Of a stretch of DNA of 64,000 bases, positions 30,143 to 37,014 are shown in pieces. Origin of the DNA: Bacteriovoracia bacterium (lineage in GTDB: Bacteria; Bdellovibrionota; Bacteriovoracia; Bacteriovoracales; Bacteriovoracaceae); assembly GCA_046570105.1 (NCBI GenBank), contig JBKHVI010000001.1, positions 96,001 through 160,000 of the forward strand, given 5' to 3'. Made by a program: the position numbers and the translations under genes. The notes under the pieces are model-generated. The model ran no database searches, had not been told where the DNA came from, and was given only the letters and a program-made list of their open reading frames with translations. The first letter of the stretch is position 1. Each line of letters starts with the position of its first letter.

Positions 30143-30960
30143 TGTTAAAATTAAAACGGGAAGGAGTAAGCCTGAGGGATTCCCCCCAGACCTAGGTGCT
30201 TGTGACACCAAGAGGTTCACAGAGAACGTGGAACTGACAAAACATGGAGCGTGAGCATGCCCCTTCCCGCCTCTCTTGTTGCAAAAAGACGGGAAATTTT
30301 CCGAACACTAACTATTGAATTTTCAACAGGAGTCGTCTCACTGCGTGAGAGATTTTTTCCACTCACATGTCCGTTTTTTACCCGCGACTTGTTGGAGATG
30401 GATGAGACTTACTTCGAGTGATAAAATTAAAAAAGGGAAGAGGTAAGCCTTGAGAGATTCCTCTCAAGACCCAGGTGTGAGCACACCAAGAGGTTTAAAA
30501 AGAACATTGAACTGGCAGAGCGGTGAACTTGAGCTACCTCTTCCCGCCTCTCTTGGTGCAAAGAGACGGGAAAATTTCTACGACTCAACTATTCAAAAAA
30601 ATTCATCCATCACTTCACTGCGTGAGAGATTTTTTCCAATCACTTGTCCGATTTTTACCCGCGACTTGTTGGCGATAGATGAGAGTTCAATCAAGTGATA
30701 AAATAAAAAGGGAAGGAGTGGGCCTGAATTATTTAATTCAACCCCAGGGTGCTGTCACACCCAAGGGGTTCACCTGAACTTGGAGCTGGATGAACGTGGA
30801 GCGTGGACCTGCCCCTTCCCGCCTCTCTTGGTGCAAAGAGACGGGAAAATTTCTACGACTCAACTATTCAAAAAAATTCATCCATCACTTCACTGCGTGA
30901 GAGATTTTTTCCACTCACATGTCCGATTTTTACCCGCGACCTGTTGGAGATTGATGAGAG
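30143..30960. repeat. Three-unit tandem array (periods 277 and 275 bp): variable 111-nt structured segments plus conserved ~140-bp linkers
   Basis: Segments 30158-30268, 30435-30545 and 30710-30820 each run GGGAAG...CTTCCC; linkers 30546-30685 and 30821-30960 nearly identical. Confidence 0.9.
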
Positions 30961-31025
30961 CTGGAAGAAAATAATTGGCACTAATTCAATAAAGAACTTT
31001 CTCGTATCTCACACACATAAAAACT

Positions 31026-31062
31026 AAAAAGCCGAACGTAATTGATGTAACTACGTCCGGCT
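31026..31062 (-). terminator. Intrinsic terminator of a putative antisense RNA
   Basis: Minus strand AGCCGGACGTAGTT-acatc-AATTACGTTCGGCT-TTTT: 14 bp including two G-U pairs, then a U-tract. Confidence 0.7.
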
Positions 31063-31107
31063 CTTCTATGACGTCCAATGAAGGACGCCTTTACCAAAAG
31101 GAAATTC

Positions 31108-31182
31108 ATGGAAGAGTTAGCGCGGGTTCTGATCCTCGTTATCTTGACGATACAGCTTGCTGTATTGCTCAAGATAATTTGA
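31108..31182 (+). CDS. 24-aa hydrophobic peptide, type I toxin candidate (MEELARVLILVILTIQLAVLLKII)
   Basis: AAGGA RBS, ATG 31108, TGA 31180-31182; single TM helix; below the ORF-track cutoff. Confidence 0.65.
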   Translation: MEELARVLILVILTIQLAVLLKII

Positions 31183-31280
31183 TCGGATTTAGAGGGAGGG
31201 GAAAGCAGCCTCTCCCTCACCGTTTTAACTTCCAATCCTCAAATTCAGCATAGCTCTATTTGAATAAGCGAATCAAACTT

Positions 31281-31313
31281 AAAAAAAAGGCCCGGGTTAA
31301 ACCCAGGCCTTTT
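31281..31313 (-). terminator. Intrinsic terminator of the OMP gene
   Basis: AAAAAAAAGGCCCGGGTT-AAACCCAGGCCTTTT. Confidence 0.8.
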
Positions 31314-31358
31314 CTACCTAAAAGTGTACCTAAAAGTGCATGACACCTTTTGGAAATT

Positions 31359-32594
31359 TTAGAACTTGTAAGTCATAGCGACGCGAGCGAGTAGACGGTT
31401 TGAATTCAAGATTCCGTTACTTGGTGCTGTGTTATTGGTCGCAGTAGCAGCCGAAGTCATCAGCAATCCGTCGATAGCGAAATCACCAAACTTCAAAGTA
31501 GCACCTGAACGGACAGATGTTGTATTCGCTTTGGTACGCTTCTTGTCTGGGTTCTGAGCGACAACGTTTGTGTTAACCAATGGCAATAGGTCTTCATCGT
31601 AGTCGTTGTCTTGCTCATTGATTATACTCTGAGAGATTGAACCACGAAGAGTCAGCCATGAAGCAGCGTCCACTTCTAAACCAACTACGACTGGAACAGC
31701 GTAATCATCAATCGTTGCTTTGCCGTCATCTTTGGTATCAAGCTCACGCTTGTTCAACACATAAGATACTTTATAGAACAAAGTCGCTTTGTCGTTAAGC
31801 TTAGTCTCGCGACCGTAACCCACGATAAAACGATCAGTTTGCGCATCAGCTTCACCTGTATAAGCAGGAGCTGCAGCTGTCGTTGCAACTTGAGAGACAG
31901 AACTCTCTTGTTCCCAAGCAGCGTGGCGCCAGAAAGCAAATACGCTTGCCTGATTGTCGATACGGTATGTTCCACCTAATTCGTAACCAAGCTTACCCTT
32001 GAATTCTTCTTTATCCCCTGCACCTGCATCAAGATCGCCCTCGAAAGAGTTGATCAATGAAACGTTAGCAAAAGCTTCAAACTTGCCAGCGATAACACCT
32101 AGACGAGCTGATAACGTCTGGCTCTCAAGATCTTCGAATGTGCCATCTGTATCATCTTTGTTTTGTGAATAAGTAAGGTTTGCTCCCCACTTAACTGAAG
32201 ACTCTCCAGCTAAGAAAAGATCAAGCTGGTTATCTTGATGAATCACTCGGCGGTTTGTGACCAAGTAGCCGCGTGCTTCGTTTACAGAAGCAGATTCGCC
32301 ACCGAAGTAAGCACCAGCGACCATGTTGTTCCAGCCGTAAAGAACACCACCCTCAGCCTGTGGATTATTATTGGCGTCAGCTTTAGTTCCCGCGGCGCCA
32401 TCACCACCCAATTCAAAGATCGCAGTATCTTTGTAATTGTTAGCATGAGCTGAGTTGAGGAAAATATTACGATTATCGTTAATGTACTGTGAGCCACCGA
32501 TATCTTCGCCTAAAGCGACGAGACGTGCTTTGGTTGCGAACGCCGGAGTCGCGAGGACTGCCAAGGCTGCTCCAAGAACAAGATGCTTTTTCAT
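31359..32594 (-). CDS. Major outer-membrane beta-barrel protein, paralog 2
   Basis: Signal peptide ...PAFA-TKARLVALG; amphipathic strands; ends MTYKF. Confidence 0.8.
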   Translation of the reverse strand: MKKHLVLGAALAVLATPAFATKARLVALGEDIGGSQYINDNRNIFLNSAHANNYKDTAIFELGGDGAAGTKADANNNPQAEGGVLYGWNNMVAGAYFGGESASVNEARGYLVTNRRVIHQDNQLDLFLAGESSVKWGANLTYSQNKDDTDGTFEDLESQTLSARLGVIAGKFEAFANVSLINSFEGDLDAGAGDKEEFKGKLGYELGGTYRIDNQASVFAFWRHAAWEQESSVSQVATTAAAPAYTGEADAQTDRFIVGYGRETKLNDKATLFYKVSYVLNKRELDTKDDGKATIDDYAVPVVVGLEVDAASWLTLRGSISQSIINEQDNDYDEDLLPLVNTNVVAQNPDKKRTKANTTSVRSGATLKFGDFAIDGLLMTSAATATNNTAPSNGILNSNRLLARVAMTYKF

Positions 32595-32627
32595 GTTTCA
32601 CTCCATTTAAGTGCAGGAAGAGTTTTC

Positions 32628-32661
32628 AAAAAAAAAGGGCCAGCAAGCTGGCCCTTTTTTT
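32628..32661. terminator. Bidirectional intrinsic terminator between the OMP paralogs
   Basis: A9-GGGCCAGC-AA-GCTGGCCC-T7. Confidence 0.85.
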
Positions 32662-32670
32662 AACTTTCGT

Positions 32671-33810
32671 TTAGAAACGGTAAGTCATTGATACGCGAGT
32701 CATCAAGTTAGATGAATCGATTTCACCAGCTGTACCGCTTGCAGTGTTACCGATCATACCGTCGACAGCCATATCGCCGAACTTCAAAGAAGCACCAGCA
32801 GCTACTACAGTTGTGTTAGCTTCTGTGTTCTTGTTTGAGTCAGAGTTAGCAACTGCTGCTTTAGTTTCAACTTCGTTGATCAAGATTTCTTGAGAAACTG
32901 AACCACGAAGAGTCAACCAAGAAGCTGCGTCGAACTCAAGACCGATAGTCGCAGACAAATCGCTTTCGTTATTTTCGCCATCTTCTCCAGCATCCTTAAC
33001 ATCGCTAGTTGTATTTGTGTATGCAACTTTTGTGAAAAGAACTGCTTTGTCATTCAACTTGTCTTGGCGAGCAACACCCAAAGACATTTCGTTTGATTCA
33101 ACGTTATTATCGCCGTCAACTTCAAACTCATTCATTCCGTAATAACCGAAAGCAGTGTAGCCGTTCCAGCTGTAAGAACCACCAATTTCAGTATCACCTT
33201 TGCGCTCTACTTCTACGTCTTGATCTTTATGATCTGTCTTACCTGTGATGCCGTACTTCAAGTAAGCAGCCCATGGGCCCTGGCTAAGACCAACTGCAAG
33301 ATCCATAACATCTGTCTTAGCTTCTGTGTTTGTAGCAAGACCAGCACCGCCGTCACCAGCATTGAAGTCATCATTCTTCTGTGATGAGTAAGTCAACTGA
33401 ACGCCCCACTTGATACCAGCGTCGCCGCCGATGAAAAGATCAAGTGCGTTTGTTGCTTGATAAACGAATAGGTCACCAGCATCAACATCACCATCATCGT
33501 TAGCGTCTGTTGCAAAAGAATCAGTACCTTCGTTGTAAGAAAGATTGCGGCCCATGTGTGCGCCCCAAACCAAGTTACCAGCGTTACGGATGAATCCACC
33601 TTCGCCGTTTCCGCCGTCATTTTCTAATTCGTAAGTAACGAAATCTTTTTGGTTATTAACTTCAGACGCGTTAAGGAAGATGTTACGGTTATCTTGGATG
33701 TAGAATGAACCGTTAGTATCTTCACCCAAAGCTGCCAAACGAGCTTTAGATGCGAATGCAGGAGCAGCTAGTACAGCCAATCCAGCGGCGAGAGCGAGTT
33801 GCTTTTTCAT
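32671..33810 (-). CDS. Major outer-membrane beta-barrel protein, paralog 1
   Basis: AGGAG RBS, MKKQ...PAFA-SKARLAALG; ends MTYRF; shares NRNIFLN and DAASWLTLRGS with paralog 2. Confidence 0.8.
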   Translation of the reverse strand: MKKQLALAAGLAVLAAPAFASKARLAALGEDTNGSFYIQDNRNIFLNASEVNNQKDFVTYELENDGGNGEGGFIRNAGNLVWGAHMGRNLSYNEGTDSFATDANDDGDVDAGDLFVYQATNALDLFIGGDAGIKWGVQLTYSSQKNDDFNAGDGGAGLATNTEAKTDVMDLAVGLSQGPWAAYLKYGITGKTDHKDQDVEVERKGDTEIGGSYSWNGYTAFGYYGMNEFEVDGDNNVESNEMSLGVARQDKLNDKAVLFTKVAYTNTTSDVKDAGEDGENNESDLSATIGLEFDAASWLTLRGSVSQEILINEVETKAAVANSDSNKNTEANTTVVAAGASLKFGDMAVDGMIGNTASGTAGEIDSSNLMTRVSMTYRF

Positions 33811-33961
33811 GAAATCTCCTTGTTTCAAAATGACGTTGGTCATTCCTAAATTAAGCAAACAAATAACTTTATACGTTAAGTGTGTAAGTGTTCTTTCTTT
33901 TTGGCAATACTGTTTTTGTTGGTTGCATTTTGCATAGGGGCAAACTCATTGGTCCTATCAA

Positions 33962-34561
33962 TTAAAACAACACATCAAACTTCAAAAAATTAATCTTAAG
34001 TTCTGTGCCACTGGTGTAGTACTCATCACGAATACCACCGCCGTAGCGACGGAAAATGAATTCAAACGTTGGTGCGTAAGAAATATTGGCCATCGCGTAA
34101 TTGCCCATGTCCCAGCGCTTCCCAGCCTCAGCATTGAAAACGATATTTAAACCGTTCTCATCATTCTGGCCCTGAGCATCGATGGTTTCCCACTCTCCAC
34201 CAATCAACACACCAGCAAACATTGAGTTCTTAATATCCGAAGCATCATGATTAACCACGACACCTGCACTCAATGCATAAACTGAGTTCGTGGTATCTCC
34301 ACCTTGATCAAGATGATTACGCTCAACACGTGCCACACCTTTGAACATCAAATTAGGATACTCATTAATAGTCTGAGCGAAGTTAGCGTTGATCTTAAAT
34401 TGATTCTGATCACGATCTTTTGTATCGCCTTTACCACTGTCTTTTTTGAACATCAGTCCACCTGAGTAACCCAGCTGAAAAGCATCAACAGAAACGATAC
34501 GATTTTGTGCGCGAGCGGCTGCGACGCAAAGTAGAGCAGCGAAGAGAACGAGAATCTTCAC
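33962..34561 (-). CDS. Outer-membrane beta-barrel-like protein
   Basis: Signal peptide; C-terminal F. Confidence 0.6.
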   Translation of the reverse strand: MKILVLFAALLCVAAARAQNRIVSVDAFQLGYSGGLMFKKDSGKGDTKDRDQNQFKINANFAQTINEYPNLMFKGVARVERNHLDQGGDTTNSVYALSAGVVVNHDASDIKNSMFAGVLIGGEWETIDAQGQNDENGLNIVFNAEAGKRWDMGNYAMANISYAPTFEFIFRRYGGGIRDEYYTSGTELKINFLKFDVLF

Positions 34562-34681
34562 GAGTAGTCCTTGGTTGATGGTCTTAAGATAGAGTTTAGG
34601 AAGAGGCGCTGAGCGAAATCAAGCATGACTCTTTGAGTTAGCCTAATCTGATGCATTTACGTCAAGTTTCTGACGCAAAGT

Positions 34682-35791
34682 TTAGCAAAGATCGCCTAGA
34701 AATGACGACCAGTTAAGAACTTCAATCTGTGAGGGTGTTGAGTATTCTTTTTTTCCAATAGCGTGCAACTGAATACAGCGACAATTAGGAAATTTATTTT
34801 TGAAGTATTTTAAGCTTGGTGAAACTTCTGCATCAGACCACTTCACTTCAATAGCAAGGATGGGATTCTTACCGTCCACAATAACAAAATCGACTTCTCT
34901 TTGTTCGCGATCTCGAAAGTACCTTAGCTCCCAATTCAGTCCCTCTGTGTCCTGCTGAAAATGTACCCATTTCAATAAGTGTATCGCCACTAAGTTTTCA
35001 AAGCGTAAAGATTCCTCAGGCACCAGCGCCCAATCATAGTGATAGTGCTTTTGTTCTTTTTTGACGGCACGAATCTTAGGAGACCCAAAAGGAGATAAAC
35101 GAACTATCCCGTAAAGCCTTTCAAGAATATCAACCCATTTGCCGATTGAACGTGGAGTGGCCTGCAGATCTTCCTGGAGTGAATTAATGGAAAGTGGGCT
35201 GCCAACTAAATTAGGAAGATGATGAAGCATCAACTCCATTTTCTGAAGTTCTTGCGTTTGCTCCATGGAGGTCACATCTTCATATATAAGACGTTGGCGA
35301 TAATCTCTCGTCCAGCGCCGAGCAAAAGTTTCTGAACCTTTTAAAAATGGTTCTGGAAAACCACCTAGTGTCAGAAGGTCTAAAAAATCTTTCTGAGATT
35401 TTAATTTAAGTTCTGCCACAGAAAGAGGATGCATTCTGAGGTAAAAATAGCGGCCTTGCAGAGAATCTCCACCGAAACGATAAAGGTCTAAGCGAGCACT
35501 CCCCGTAACAAGAATCTTTTTTTGATCTTTATGGAGATCGTAGAAGCCTTTTAAATAATTTCGCCATTGCCGGTATTTGTGAATCTCATCAAATACAATA
35601 AAAGATTCACGTGGATATTCTTTCTTGAGAATACTCTCCCTATCAATAGGAACATCCCAATTCAAATATCTCCCAGTTTTTGGCATAAGCGTACGCGACA
35701 GCGTTGTCTTACCAACCTGACGAGGCCCTCCAAGGAAGACCATTTTTTCAGCTAGATCTGATTTTATCTGTTTTATTAGGTATCGGTTCAC
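34682..35791 (-). CDS. AAA_14 ATPase with DUF4143 / PD-(D/E)xK C-terminus
   Basis: GPRQVGKTT, FDEIH, TGSA, GGFPE, FEN, EVDFV...IEVK. Confidence 0.9.
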   Translation of the reverse strand: MNRYLIKQIKSDLAEKMVFLGGPRQVGKTTLSRTLMPKTGRYLNWDVPIDRESILKKEYPRESFIVFDEIHKYRQWRNYLKGFYDLHKDQKKILVTGSARLDLYRFGGDSLQGRYFYLRMHPLSVAELKLKSQKDFLDLLTLGGFPEPFLKGSETFARRWTRDYRQRLIYEDVTSMEQTQELQKMELMLHHLPNLVGSPLSINSLQEDLQATPRSIGKWVDILERLYGIVRLSPFGSPKIRAVKKEQKHYHYDWALVPEESLRFENLVAIHLLKWVHFQQDTEGLNWELRYFRDREQREVDFVIVDGKNPILAIEVKWSDAEVSPSLKYFKNKFPNCRCIQLHAIGKKEYSTPSQIEVLNWSSFLGDLC

Positions 35792-35801
35792 ACCCCCATT
35801 A

Positions 35802-35847
35802 TATACAGGTGTATAAAAAAGTCACTTCCATTTTATACATGTGTATC
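35802..35847. promoter_or_regulatory. Twin palindromic operators over the ATPase promoter
   Basis: TATACA-GG-TGTATA (35802) and TATACA-TG-TGTATC (35834); TATAAT on minus strand at 35803-35798. Confidence 0.6.
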
Positions 35848-35871
35848 AAACGGGGGACACCTCTCAAAGTT

Positions 35872-36975
35872 TTAGGTACTTAAAAGAGAGCGTGCTAAGA
35901 AACGAGCCTCTGAAGTAGAGGCTGCAATCTGCCCTATTACATGCAACCTAGGCACTGAAACGAGAAGCGCCTCAGCAAGCTTAGGCTCGGTCGGCCATTC
36001 AAGAAAATCTTCTGAAGCAAGTATGTGTTCTTTACGAATGCTTTTTTCAAAATCATTCAGCACACGCTCAAGTACACGCTTAGCTAATTTAATCTTATCT
36101 GCCATGCCTTCACTGGTGGGCTCTTCATCTTGTAAAAGAATAAGAGCATTGACTGGATAACACTTACGAGTTTCATCCCAAGATTGAATATCAAGAATGA
36201 AGTGTCCCCACTCGTGAGTCATACTCTGAGGTATAAAGAGCGTGCGAGGCTCAGGATGCATTTCTTTAGTGCACTCCCATGAGAGCGCAATACCGGCCTG
36301 ACGTTGAATAGAAGCAAACCACGCACCTGCTTCAGCTGGCAAAGTTTGTCCCTGCTCTGTGGCCTTTAGTATTTGCTTTGCCGGCAATGAAGTCCAAAGC
36401 TCAGTACAAGTCACTTCACCCAAATCATGGAACAGCATCCACCACTCATCTTGATGAGCGAGGTCAGTCGGAGCTTGTTTCTCTAATTTTTCAAGAACTC
36501 GAACACCTTGATAGCTTTTAAGAATCTCGTCTAGATTATCCCAATCACTTTTTGAAAACAGTGAGGCGAGTGAAATTTCTTGGCGCTCTGGAAGAAAATA
36601 AGACTCTCCCGGCATGCATTCCATGGGCTTCGCGCGACTACCAAACTTATGCCACTGCCCTTCTTTAGCGAACATTGTTTCGTGTTCGAAGCGGGCACTT
36701 TGACAGTTGGGAAACTTAGCGGCAATCGCTAATGTTTCTTCGTTATTTCTTAGCTGAGAGGTGCCTGCGTGGAATGTTTCAATAAGTGTCTGCTTAGTGA
36801 GAAAGCGCGGAGTGAGAAGGCGCAAAGCCTCAGGGCCATGTGTATTCTTTAACTCAACAAGCTTCAGTACGGCAGCTAGATCATGCCCCAAAATCACATG
36901 CGTGATATGCAGGCGTGTCGCCGTAGATTTAGTGTCGTCTTTTTGTCTTTTGAATGCTTTTAATCCGAAACTCAT
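35872..36975 (-). CDS. Hypothetical protein (possibly degenerate FAD-oxidoreductase fold)
   Basis: 367-aa ORF; VILG..LAA start and LHVIG end are only weakly Rossmann-like. Confidence 0.6.
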   Translation of the reverse strand: MSFGLKAFKRQKDDTKSTATRLHITHVILGHDLAAVLKLVELKNTHGPEALRLLTPRFLTKQTLIETFHAGTSQLRNNEETLAIAAKFPNCQSARFEHETMFAKEGQWHKFGSRAKPMECMPGESYFLPERQEISLASLFSKSDWDNLDEILKSYQGVRVLEKLEKQAPTDLAHQDEWWMLFHDLGEVTCTELWTSLPAKQILKATEQGQTLPAEAGAWFASIQRQAGIALSWECTKEMHPEPRTLFIPQSMTHEWGHFILDIQSWDETRKCYPVNALILLQDEEPTSEGMADKIKLAKRVLERVLNDFEKSIRKEHILASEDFLEWPTEPKLAEALLVSVPRLHVIGQIAASTSEARFLARSLLST

Positions 36976-37014
36976 GCCTGCGAGTATGTCACAGGCATGA
37001 TGGATTAGAAAAGA

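Larger units (their letters stand above)
31026..31240 (-). ncRNA. Putative cis-antisense antitoxin RNA
   Basis: Minus-strand TTGATT-N18-TATGCT (31276-31247) and terminator at 31062-31026 bracket the peptide ORF. Confidence 0.5.

Noticed and set aside
30143..30960. CRISPR array
   Set aside because: Units are ~276 bp, the variable parts are homologous and structured rather than unique spacers, and no cas genes are in the window.
30450..31027. ORFs 30450-30698, 30780-30974 and 30803-31027 as real genes
   Set aside because: Reading frames are not preserved across the three repeat units; they are by-products of the repeat.
31061..31117. Hammerhead ribozyme or retron msr-msd
   Set aside because: The three-way junction lacks the CUGANGA/GAAA core and there is no reverse transcriptase nearby; the structure is better explained by RBS sequestration of the peptide ORF.
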